IMG/VR virus record: IMGVR_UViG_3300014325_000010
Location: 1 to 33,129 of that record
Reading direction: 5' to 3' (one strand)
Source: a virus
Length of the DNA: 33,129 nucleotides
Within the stretch, counting starts at the first letter, position 1. Each line of letters opens with the position of its first letter. Below the pieces are notes generated by a model. It was not told the origin of the DNA. It did no database searches and worked only from the letters and a program-made list of their open reading frames with translations. Shown in pieces: positions 16,207 through 24,267 of this stretch. A program made the position numbers and the translations under genes.

Positions 16207-16407
16207 AAACTTACTATGTTAATGAGAATTCGGTTTCAAAAACTTGGTGGGCATTACCATTGCCGAGTCTTCACTCGAAAATTGCCGCATACTACTTGGG
16301 AAAAATGTGGTGATCTAACATTTCGTGAAAACGAGTGGAGAGACGTTCTATCACTAATGTCTCACTTAGATATAGAGTTTCTTGAAGAAGACACAGAAAA
16401 CAGCTAG
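16180..16407 (+). CDS. Small Cys/His-containing protein (75 aa). Its start codon is embedded in the hairpin.
   Basis: Good SD spacing. ...GGHYHCRVF...WEKCGD. Confidence 0.3.
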   Translation: MEAFICFHRKLTMLMRIRFQKLGGHYHCRVFTRKLPHTTWEKCGDLTFRENEWRDVLSLMSHLDIEFLEEDTENS

Positions 16408-16434
16408 ACACCATGAATCTTAATCTTACGAAGG

Positions 16435-17943
16435 TTGTCAATGGCTCAAATTTCAGGGGTCTGTGATTTTTGTAACGACCCAAATCCAATTAAACACATA
16501 CGAGTTCCAGTTTTTGATGGTGCAGATTTTGCAGCACTCTTTAGCAATACCAGCCCCACGGCTTGGGCAGCATGTAAAACTTGTCACGCCATGTTTATGG
16601 CTACTGACAAGGATGGCTTGCTACAACGTGCAATTGAAGCAGCACGAGGCACTGCTAACTTTGCTGTACAGCCAATTATTGATCTTCACTACGAATTCTG
16701 GAGAACGATTAATTCGGTAGCAGAAGCTGGTGGTATTGCTAGTGCGCTAATCGATTTTATCGACGGCAAAATCAATAAGAAAGGTTACACTGCACGAGCT
16801 GCTTCTCGCGAAGAACGCATTCTCTCTGTAAGACAGCTTACTGGATTGGATGATAAAGAATTCCTTCGTATGATGAAGGGAGATCTTTATTACGGAAAGA
16901 TTGTCCAAAAACTGGTTGATTGGCACAAAAAGTTTGGTACAAACTACGACGCTCTACAATTTAATCTTCCTCAAAATCCACTGCTGAAAAGCCACGTCCC
17001 ACACTGGCAGACTGCCCTCGAAAAGAAATTTGAACTACTAAAGTTTCTAACAAAGATTACATCTTCAGATGCTAAAAATCGCCCACATGGTGATTACGCA
17101 GATGTCTTCATATCATATCAATATGATGTGCAAGTATTGAAATTGGCCGAAGTGTACAGTTTTAATCTCGAAACCATTACAGCCATTACCGAATCAGGAA
17201 AAAGATTACCTCATGACAGTCCGCTGACCTCCGTAGATATTCCAGGAAATGGCCAAGGTTGGTTTTGGTTCGAGAAGCCTCTTCCTATTCAAACGAACAA
17301 ATATTCTGATACAGTATCAGGACTATTGTGGGGTTTGATTGGAACCGCTGAAGCAAAAAATCTTGCTGTACGATTTACAGCATTTGCTTGTGTACAAAGT
17401 GATAATCAAATATGGCCGTCAACTGAATGGCATTGGCCAGTACATTATTCATTTCATGACATGATTACTTATTCGAGGATTAGGCATGATGAAATGTACG
17501 GTCCCGGTGGCAAATATGAAAAAGTTGATAAGTTTGACACAGAAGGAACATTGCGAGCGATTGCCGAATTAAGCCAGTTCTTTCTTATGTCTTGTGTTTG
17601 GTTCAAACAAGAAATTATCCTCAAAGAACCTACTAATGTTGAACGAGCTGCTCGTCGGCGAATTCAACATGAAAATAAACTCAGTGAACCACCAACAGTT
17701 CGAGTGATTGCTTTGCGTAAGAGTCATCGAGATGTTGAGATGAAAGATAGCTCCAAGGAACAGACAGAGTCTGAAAAGACTCGGGTCTATAGTTGCCGTT
17801 GGAGAGTAATCGGCCACCCTCGACTCCAACCGTGTGGCCCACAAAATAAAGAGAGAAAATTGATTTGGATTTCGGAATACGAAGCTGGACCACCCGATAA
17901 ACCTCTGCGTGAAAAACAACGTGTCTACGCAGTTGTGAGGTAA
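16435..17943 (+). CDS. Large hypothetical protein (502 aa) with an N-terminal Cys4 zinc finger
   Basis: CDFCNDP...CKTCH. No other recognised motifs. Confidence 0.6.
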   Translation: MSMAQISGVCDFCNDPNPIKHIRVPVFDGADFAALFSNTSPTAWAACKTCHAMFMATDKDGLLQRAIEAARGTANFAVQPIIDLHYEFWRTINSVAEAGGIASALIDFIDGKINKKGYTARAASREERILSVRQLTGLDDKEFLRMMKGDLYYGKIVQKLVDWHKKFGTNYDALQFNLPQNPLLKSHVPHWQTALEKKFELLKFLTKITSSDAKNRPHGDYADVFISYQYDVQVLKLAEVYSFNLETITAITESGKRLPHDSPLTSVDIPGNGQGWFWFEKPLPIQTNKYSDTVSGLLWGLIGTAEAKNLAVRFTAFACVQSDNQIWPSTEWHWPVHYSFHDMITYSRIRHDEMYGPGGKYEKVDKFDTEGTLRAIAELSQFFLMSCVWFKQEIILKEPTNVERAARRRIQHENKLSEPPTVRVIALRKSHRDVEMKDSSKEQTESEKTRVYSCRWRVIGHPRLQPCGPQNKERKLIWISEYEAGPPDKPLREKQRVYAVVR

Positions 17944-17946
17944 TCT

Positions 17947-18144
17947 ATGGAGCTAACACCAGAGCAATGGCTAATTTGTTGGGCGGTGCTCGAAATAAAA
18001 GCAATCGATGCTGAGTCTGGCGATGATGATCAAGGCCTCATCGAATTTGAACTCTTAACCAAAATGCCAACTGCAGAGCAACTTCGAGCGATTGCTAACG
18101 AAGCGAAGAAACACTTGACACCGGAACAAGGTAGCATCCTGTAA
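17947..18144 (+). CDS. Small acidic hypothetical protein
   Basis: ORF. Confidence 0.4.
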   Translation: MELTPEQWLICWAVLEIKAIDAESGDDDQGLIEFELLTKMPTAEQLRAIANEAKKHLTPEQGSIL

Positions 18145-18162
18145 CAAGAATTAAACCAAATC

Positions 18163-18312
18163 ATGAAGATAACTAATTCACCAACATTTTCATGGGGAGA
18201 ACTCATATTAATAGGTATTGGTGCATTTGCTATTGGTATCTTCATCCCAATAATTTTTGTAACCGTCTGGAATTTTATTGAACTTATCGTCTATGTGAGC
18301 CAATTACCATGA
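18163..18312 (+). CDS. Small membrane protein (49 aa)
   Basis: MKITNSPTFSWGELILIGIGAFAIGIFIPIIFVTVW... ATGA overlap with the next ORF. Confidence 0.35.
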   Translation: MKITNSPTFSWGELILIGIGAFAIGIFIPIIFVTVWNFIELIVYVSQLP

Positions 18313-18518
18313 AACTTAGAGATCAAATGGATGCACTACGAATTCATCATATTGTGGTACATCGACTAGAACTCGAAAATGGAACACTGGGTATCGATAT
18401 TAGTTATTTTTTCGATGACAATCCTAAACTTTCTTATTCAGTCCGCGAATTTAATAGGAACAGTAAAATACGAAGGGCTCTCGAATTAATCGAAACGCAC
18501 CTTCGAAAGGACGTATAA
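18309..18518 (+). CDS. Hypothetical small protein
   Basis: ORF, ATGA overlaps on both sides. Confidence 0.4.
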   Translation: MKLRDQMDALRIHHIVVHRLELENGTLGIDISYFFDDNPKLSYSVREFNRNSKIRRALELIETHLRKDV

Positions 18519-19471
18519 TGGCTAAGACGACTGTTGGCGCGGTAGTAGGTCGGTTCCAAGTGCCCGAACTTACACAAGGACATCGCGATCTACTCAACGC
18601 GGTCATGGAACGATCAGATCGTTTAGTCATCCTTTTGGGTGTGTCGCCACTCGACGGAAAAGTAAAAGAAAATCCACTGACATTTGATCAACGAACTTCG
18701 TTGTTCCGTGATTACGGACACGCAACAATTCTTCCCGTGTTTGACCAGCCAAATGACAAACTGTGGTCTACCGCTCTTGATAGACTACTCAACGATTTGT
18801 TTCTTGGTTCGGAAATCACATTATTTGGTGGGCGTGATTCCTTTACAACTTCGTACATGGGCCAATTTGGTACGGAGATACTATCATTTCATGCGAGTGC
18901 AACGGTGCAAGGCACAAAGATGAGAAACGCGATTAAGGAATCTCGCGAACCGGAATTTCTTCGAGGGCAAATCTACAGTCTGGTAAACCAATACCCAAAA
19001 ACTTTTCCAACCGTTGATATTGTCGTAATCAAAGACACAGAGTTACTACTTATTCAACGAGCCGATACAAGCGAATGGACCCTACCAGGTGGCTTTGTAG
19101 ATCCAACCGATAGATCGCTTGAACTTGCTGCCAAACGCGAATTATATGAAGAACTTGGTATCTTGAGCGACGAAAATATGGTGTATGTTGGTTCGACGGT
19201 AATCAATGATTGGCGTTATCGATCATGTCGTGATAAAATCATGACGTCGTTGTTCGTTATTGAACCAACAATTGAATCTATTACTCCAAATCCGCTCGAA
19301 GTACAAGATTACAAATGGGTGAAATTGCTTGTGGCATTAGAGGTAATTGCGCCACACCATATACCCTTGATTCGTATGCTTATCACTAGGCACCTGAAAC
19401 TATTTGTCAGGGAAAACGAACTTGACCAAACTGGGAAGATTACTTCGGACACACGTATTCTTCGAGGGTAA
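18518..19471 (+). CDS. nadM: Bifunctional NMN adenylyltransferase (NadM-type) / Nudix hydrolase
   Basis: N-terminal GRFQVPELTQGH carries the (H/T)xGH nucleotidyltransferase motif. C-terminal Nudix box LPGGFVDPTDRSLELAAKRELYEELGI. Confidence 0.75.
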   Translation: MAKTTVGAVVGRFQVPELTQGHRDLLNAVMERSDRLVILLGVSPLDGKVKENPLTFDQRTSLFRDYGHATILPVFDQPNDKLWSTALDRLLNDLFLGSEITLFGGRDSFTTSYMGQFGTEILSFHASATVQGTKMRNAIKESREPEFLRGQIYSLVNQYPKTFPTVDIVVIKDTELLLIQRADTSEWTLPGGFVDPTDRSLELAAKRELYEELGILSDENMVYVGSTVINDWRYRSCRDKIMTSLFVIEPTIESITPNPLEVQDYKWVKLLVALEVIAPHHIPLIRMLITRHLKLFVRENELDQTGKITSDTRILRG

Positions 19472-20901
19472 TGATGCGAAATATTGCGAAACGAACTGAC
19501 GGATACAAACCAAGTCACTGGCTTTTCATGGAGCCAGGTATTCAAGACACATGGGATTACCTTGAAAGTCGTGGCGGCGTTTACGGTGACATGACCGTTT
19601 TCGGCTTGCAAGGTCACGCCTACAAATATCTGTGTGGTCGAGTGATTACACCCGAACAGGTGGAGCAAGCCAATCGATTCTATGCTCGTTACTATGGGAT
19701 GACGGGTGTGTTCAATTACCACGGGTGGATGCGAATAGCTACGACTCTCGAAGGTCGACTTCCTCTCGAATTGTACGCATTACCAGAAGGTCTGCAAGTA
19801 CCAGTACGAACGCCATTGTATCAATACCACGTCACTGACCCCGATTCATGGTGGTTACCAGGCTATTCCGAACCGTTGATGTTCAAACCGTGGTATCCAT
19901 CTACGACTTCAACCATCAGTCAGCACTGTAAGCGGGTGTTGTGGGACGGTCTCAAAGAAAGTGGTACTGAGGCTGACATCGCCTGGAAATTGCATGACTT
20001 CGGTTATCGAGGAGTGTCTTCAGAAGAATCTGCCGAAATTGGTGGAGCGGCGCATCTTGTTCACTTCAAAGGAACCGACACCATACCCGCTATCGACTAC
20101 ATTAACGAATTCTATGGTGATGGGCAAGTGGACGCCTATGGCGACCCAACCTATATGCCAGGATTTAGCGTTCGAGCAACCGAACACAGCGTGATGACTC
20201 ACCGTGGTCGGAAATTGGAGCTCGAAGTCGTTCGACGAATTTTGCAAGTTTGTCCTACCGGAATCATCGCTATGGTAGGCGATTCGTACGACATCTTTAA
20301 TTTTGCCGATCAAATTTTGGGCGTTGATCTGCACGCCGAAGTAGTTGGACGTGATGGACTCGTGGTTGTCAGACCAGATTCTGGTGACCCAGTTCCAACC
20401 ATGATGAAACTACTTTGGATTCTAGGCGAACGGTTTGGTTGGACAATGAATTCCAAGAAATTCAAAGTTCTCAACCATGTCCGTACGCTCCAAGGCGACA
20501 AGAACAATTACGACGCCATTTACAAGATGGTTCGAGCAGTTATCGGTGCTGGCTGGAGTCTCGATAACATTGCTACTTTCGGTATGGGTGGTGGATTACT
20601 CCAGGATTCTGATCGGGACACACAGAAAATGAAAATCGCATTGTCGTCACTCACGGACAAAGATGGTAATTGGCGCGACGTGAACAAAGACCCAATCACC
20701 GATCCTGGTAAGTTCAGCCGTCCTGGGCGATTCGCGGTGGTCTTCGAAGATGGCAGAATCGTTACAAAAGCACTGAAGCAGGGTGAGCCTCGACCGGCTG
20801 GTGATATGTTCGAACTGGTATATCGTAACGGCGAATGGCTCAAGCATACGACATTTGAAACAATTCGTGAACGGGCTGACCGTTGGATGAAGTTAGCATA
20901 A
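19471..20901 (+). CDS. nadV: Nicotinamide phosphoribosyltransferase (Nampt/NadV)
   Basis: 476 aa. ...DFGYRGVSS...GGAAHLVHFKGTDT...RATEHSVMT...GDSYDI... is typical of the Nampt family. ATGA overlap with nadM. Confidence 0.85.
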   Translation: MMRNIAKRTDGYKPSHWLFMEPGIQDTWDYLESRGGVYGDMTVFGLQGHAYKYLCGRVITPEQVEQANRFYARYYGMTGVFNYHGWMRIATTLEGRLPLELYALPEGLQVPVRTPLYQYHVTDPDSWWLPGYSEPLMFKPWYPSTTSTISQHCKRVLWDGLKESGTEADIAWKLHDFGYRGVSSEESAEIGGAAHLVHFKGTDTIPAIDYINEFYGDGQVDAYGDPTYMPGFSVRATEHSVMTHRGRKLELEVVRRILQVCPTGIIAMVGDSYDIFNFADQILGVDLHAEVVGRDGLVVVRPDSGDPVPTMMKLLWILGERFGWTMNSKKFKVLNHVRTLQGDKNNYDAIYKMVRAVIGAGWSLDNIATFGMGGGLLQDSDRDTQKMKIALSSLTDKDGNWRDVNKDPITDPGKFSRPGRFAVVFEDGRIVTKALKQGEPRPAGDMFELVYRNGEWLKHTTFETIRERADRWMKLA

Positions 20902-21071
20902 TGGCACTCATAGTTGTCTTCCATAACGACAGTACTGGAACAGATGACGTTGGAAATTACAACGTCTCTGTCTATGTTAATCAACGACTGATTGATACAG
21001 CGCGAGTCGAAGGGCACAAGCGAAAGGACGATTGGCGGAAATTGATCGTCAAACTTGCCGAGAAAGAATAA
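20883..21071 (+). CDS. Hypothetical small protein. In the same frame as the next HNH ORF, separated by TAA.
   Basis: ORF. Confidence 0.3.
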   Translation: MDEVSIMALIVVFHNDSTGTDDVGNYNVSVYVNQRLIDTARVEGHKRKDDWRKLIVKLAEKE

Positions 21072-21470
21072 ATGGTTCCGTACGAGGGCGGAAAGGTGTA
21101 TGGGCCTTACATAAGGCTGGAAGATGATAGAAGTCATGTTGTCATTGTCTTTCCAGATAAGACACGACGAACTGTGTCTTACCCAAAATACCTTATGGAA
21201 ATCAAATTAGGTCAATATCTAGAACGAAATGAAGAAGTACACCATAAAGATGAAGATGTAACAAATGAAGATCCAGATAATTTGGTAGTAATAAATGGAA
21301 CAACTCACAGAAAGTTACACAACCCTGTAGATCCGCCAACCATCTTAATTTGTGCTTGGTGTGGAATAGAATTTGAAGTTGATAAGAATCATTACCGTAA
21401 TCGACAAAGAAATCATATAAGTTCAGGACCATTTTGTTCAAAACAATGTAGTGGATTCGTTAATAATTAA
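21072..21470 (+). CDS. HNH endonuclease
   Basis: ...EEVHHKDEDVTNEDPDNLVVINGTTHRKLHN... plus a C-terminal Cys4 (CAWCG...CSKQC). Confidence 0.65.
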   Translation: MVPYEGGKVYGPYIRLEDDRSHVVIVFPDKTRRTVSYPKYLMEIKLGQYLERNEEVHHKDEDVTNEDPDNLVVINGTTHRKLHNPVDPPTILICAWCGIEFEVDKNHYRNRQRNHISSGPFCSKQCSGFVNN

Positions 21471-21473
21471 ATT

Positions 21474-21560
21474 GCCGGGGTGGCGTAATTGGCAGCCGCA
21501 CTGGGCTTAAGACTCAGTGACCTACGGGTCGTGCGGGTTCGACTCCCGCTCCCGGCACCA
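21474..21560 (+). tRNA. tRNA-Leu (anticodon UAA), type II with a long variable arm. CCA is encoded.
   Basis: Folded by eye. Acceptor GCCGGGG/TCCCGGC. Anticodon stem CTGGG/CTCAG with loop CTTAAGA. Variable-arm stem GACC/GGTC. T-arm GCGGG-TTCGACT-CCCGC. 87 nt. Confidence 0.8.
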
Positions 21561-21642
21561 TTTATAAAGGAGGTGACTCATGAAGTAGTGTCCACTTCGT
21601 ATGTCCTCTGAATCACTGTGAGTTTATTTCTGGAGAATTGAA

Positions 21643-22107
21643 ATGACAAGTGCAGCCGCCAATATGACACGTATCAACAGCAAGCAGTTCAACGTCGCCT
21701 TCGTGTTCTGCCCGTCGCCGATTACCATCGACAAGCGGAAGGATTGGGCCGGCGCGGATGGCCAACAAGACGAGAGCAACCTGCAGAAAGCGCCAAACGG
21801 CGCGTTCCTCAAGATGAGCTCGCCGACAGAGGTCTCGCACCTTGTGCAGCCCAACGCGGACCGAACCGCGCCCGAAGGTTGGGTACCCGGTGACGGCCCT
21901 GGGTTATTCACAAAGAGCCCGATTTGGGTGACTGGCGTCGAAATCCCAGCAGGAACACCGACTGAGGTCTACACGCTGGATGGAGGGATAACGTACACCT
22001 TCGACGAACCGGCCATGTTGTGCTACAACGGCGATGAGAACGGCCCCAACTACAACGACGGTTGGGTCCAAACGATGAAAAATCTCCGAAAGAACTACCA
22101 CATCTAG
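21643..22107 (+). CDS. Hypothetical protein (154 aa) in a GC-rich island, likely horizontally acquired
   Basis: GGAG RBS. GC3-rich codon usage (AGC, TTC, AAC, GTC, GCC, CCG) unlike the rest of the window. No recognised domain. Confidence 0.55.
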   Translation: MTSAAANMTRINSKQFNVAFVFCPSPITIDKRKDWAGADGQQDESNLQKAPNGAFLKMSSPTEVSHLVQPNADRTAPEGWVPGDGPGLFTKSPIWVTGVEIPAGTPTEVYTLDGGITYTFDEPAMLCYNGDENGPNYNDGWVQTMKNLRKNYHI

Positions 22108-22123
22108 GACGATAGGAGCGATT

Positions 22124-22204
22124 ATGAAGTACCTCGTAGCATGCAGTTTCATTGCGGCGATGATCGTTGCGGGCTTCGTACTCGCATACCTCGAAGTCAG
22201 GTAG
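22124..22204 (+). CDS. Possible 26-aa hydrophobic mini-peptide (MKYLVACSFIAAMIVAGFVLAYLEVR)
   Basis: GGAG upstream, GC-rich, single TM-like segment. Could be spurious. Confidence 0.2.
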   Translation: MKYLVACSFIAAMIVAGFVLAYLEVR

Positions 22205-22210
22205 CGTCTA

Positions 22211-22242
22211 GGACCCTGGTCGCGGGCGGCGCGACCGGGTCC
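22211..22242 (+). promoter_or_regulatory. GC-rich 13-bp hairpin with one bulge
   Basis: GGACCCTGGTCGCG ggcg GCGCGACCGGGTCC. More GC-rich palindromic segments follow at 22329-22379 (CCTTTAGCC...GGCTAAAGG). Confidence 0.4.
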
Positions 22243-22395
22243 AACCGTTAGACCGGCGATTCCGGCCGATAGGTTTATTTACGGGCCACCAGTCGAGGCT
22301 GGGGCTGGATAAAAGTTTAAGGTAATACTAGCGCCTTTAGCCTAGATAGACCGCCTTGGCGGGCGCTGGTGGCTAAAGGACTCCAAATCGTGAAA

Positions 22396-22545
22396 ATGTC
22401 GTTTCAGGACAGAGCTTGTATTAAATGTGGGACTATCGTTCGTTCTTATCATGGTTTTGCTTTCTGTAAACGATGCAATCGTTGGGTGTGTGTTTCTAGA
22501 CGAGCTTTACGAAAACAAAAACAGTCATCAACAAAGATAAAATAA
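22396..22545 (+). CDS. Zinc-ribbon protein (49 aa)
   Basis: MSFQDRACIKCGTIVRSYHGFAFCKRCNRWVC... TAATG overlap with the next ORF. Confidence 0.35.
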   Translation: MSFQDRACIKCGTIVRSYHGFAFCKRCNRWVCVSRRALRKQKQSSTKIK

Positions 22546-22997
22546 TGACTCCACTACCCTGGACAAATGCAAAAACTGCCAATGGAATGCTTAATGCGGT
22601 CATGCGAGTAATCAAAGAAGATTACCGACGTATAAGTATGAATTTTGTTTGTGTTCGAATTGGATCAATACCTCGTTATAGAAATCTAATTAACACTCTT
22701 ATATCACCACCATGTGGTGCAGTTGGTTGCGTAGCTGGTTGGGTTCTTATACTGACAAATCGCACAAGTGAGAATGAATATAATTTAGGAGACACATCCA
22801 CAGCAGGCCGAATTTTAGGACTTAGTTATGAACAGGAGCGAGAGTTGTTTTATCCTCAATACTTAGTTGAAGCTCGTAGTGAGTTCCAAACAGCGAGACA
22901 TGCCAATGAAGTGATCCGTCATATCCGAGCTTTTCAAAACAAATACCGAAAGCAACTTCTCGCTACAAAATTGGATAATTATGCCTCGCAACGTTAA
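22545..22997 (+). CDS. Hypothetical protein
   Basis: ORF. Confidence 0.45.
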   Translation: MTPLPWTNAKTANGMLNAVMRVIKEDYRRISMNFVCVRIGSIPRYRNLINTLISPPCGAVGCVAGWVLILTNRTSENEYNLGDTSTAGRILGLSYEQERELFYPQYLVEARSEFQTARHANEVIRHIRAFQNKYRKQLLATKLDNYASQR

Positions 22998-23472
22998 ACA
23001 AAGACCTGGCTGGTCAGAAGAGAGACGCGCAAAAGTCGCCGAAACTTGGCGACTACGTAAAGAACAGCAACATGCTCTCGATGAAGTAAGCAAAATCAAT
23101 ACTAAACGCCAAGGTAGAATCTGTGTATACTGCGGCGAAAAGTATGATATACGCGAGCACGTACCAATTCTTCGAGCACGTATCACACTACCAGTCAGTG
23201 GACCTAAAATCAAATTCGTAATAGTTCCGGCCTGTAAAGAATGTCATCGCCACCTCGAATATGATGAGAGTTTGACTGTCACACAACGACGAGCTATCAT
23301 CAAAAATATTCTTCGCGACAAATACACAGCTTTCCTTGATTGGAAAGAATACACACCAAATAATTACGAACTTCGACAAACACTCAGCAGACATCACCTC
23401 GAATTACTCGATGGAATGAACCGCGCAAAAACAATTATACTACGACGTCTTAAATACAAGGAAGGCGAATGA
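22981..23472 (+). CDS. HNH endonuclease
   Basis: CVYCGEKYDIREHVPI...VPACKECHRHLE. Confidence 0.55.
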   Translation: MPRNVKQRPGWSEERRAKVAETWRLRKEQQHALDEVSKINTKRQGRICVYCGEKYDIREHVPILRARITLPVSGPKIKFVIVPACKECHRHLEYDESLTVTQRRAIIKNILRDKYTAFLDWKEYTPNNYELRQTLSRHHLELLDGMNRAKTIILRRLKYKEGE

Positions 23473-23687
23473 AAGCCAACTGTCAAGTGACATTTGAATT
23501 TAATGTGAGCCCACCAAGAACTTGGATGGGCGAAATCGAGGGATCATCTCCTTCTACATTAGCTCGAAAAGCTATGTCGCATGCAAACAAGAAATTGCGT
23601 CCACGAAAGTGGATTTCATTTACTTGTGTTATCTTAGACCGCACTATGGGTGACAGTAATGGAACGAATGAAAGTAAAGATGTTTGA
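23469..23687 (+). CDS. Hypothetical small protein
   Basis: ORF, ATGA overlap. Confidence 0.3.
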   Translation: MKANCQVTFEFNVSPPRTWMGEIEGSSPSTLARKAMSHANKKLRPRKWISFTCVILDRTMGDSNGTNESKDV

Positions 23688-23862
23688 TAAACCAATCGTT
23701 GGTTATCAAGTTAATGTCACCGGAATTGGTGGAGGTGCTGCACATATTGTGGTGACCACACCAGAAGAATTGTGGTTAGCAGTGAAAACAGCATTAAATC
23801 TTGCTGATGTGCATATTCTCACAATTGACCGAGTAATCGAGATAAAGAATTTACCAACGTAG
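23650..23862 (+). CDS. Hypothetical small protein
   Basis: ORF. Confidence 0.3.
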   Translation: MTVMERMKVKMFDKPIVGYQVNVTGIGGGAAHIVVTTPEELWLAVKTALNLADVHILTIDRVIEIKNLPT

Positions 23863-23881
23863 AAAGACTACGGTTTTCCGG

Positions 23882-23909
23882 TTGGAAATTTACCGTCCTA
23901 AGCTATAAT
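23882..23909 (+). promoter_or_regulatory. Near-consensus sigma70-type promoter: TTGGAA, 16-nt spacer, TATAAT
   Basis: Seen directly in sequence, about 30 nt upstream of the 23941 operon. Confidence 0.45.
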
Positions 23910-23940
23910 AGGCGTAGCCGCCCGCGTAGTAAAGGAATTT

Positions 23941-24267
23941 ATGATCAATAGAATCAAATACGAAATCAGCCGTGGACTAATTGGAATTAGTCTTGGTGCC
24001 AATTTAGCAATGGTCACAATTAATCTTTGGACTAAAGATTATAGCAAAGCTTCGATTCACATATCCGCCTTTGCTCTCTTGTTTGTTTTGGATTTGCTCA
24101 TAGTCAAAGCCTATGAAACTTTTTTAATGCGATTTGAGGAGGCCAAACATAAAAGCTTATTTGCCGAAGTAATGGTTCAAAAATTGATCGCTGGCAACAT
24201 AGATATTCAAGTCACACATTTCGCTCAGGCGGAACAAGAAGGAGCAAACAATGAGACTGTCAATTGA
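23941..24267 (+). CDS. Small membrane protein
   Basis: Two hydrophobic helices (LIGISLGANLAMVTINLW, ISAFALLFVLDLLIV). Confidence 0.45.
   Translation: MINRIKYEISRGLIGISLGANLAMVTINLWTKDYSKASIHISAFALLFVLDLLIVKAYETFLMRFEEAKHKSLFAEVMVQKLIAGNIDIQVTHFAQAEQEGANNETVN

Noticed and set aside
15893-16434. Group I intron or retron interpretation of the structured region
   Set aside because: Neither flanking gene looks split into exons. No reverse-transcriptase motifs (for example YxDD) appear in the downstream 502-aa protein. No intron-encoded endonuclease lies inside the region.
20883-21470. Same-frame pair 20883-21071 / 21072-21470 as another stop-codon-split gene
   Set aside because: The HNH ORF looks complete on its own, with an ATG start and a full HNH core plus zinc finger. 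The shared frame has a one-in-three chance and, unlike the 14295/14499 case, no domain logic links the two parts.
21613-22152. Three minus-strand ORFs (75-95 aa) inside the GC-rich island
   Set aside because: High GC inflates random ORF length. They overlap the + strand ORF, which has an SD and coherent GC3-biased codon usage.
21474-22395. Integrative element (att-flanked) at the tRNA
   Set aside because: No integrase or recombinase gene is present. I found no direct repeat of the tRNA 3' end at the distal edge of the GC-rich segment. I treat it as an insertion of unknown mechanism.
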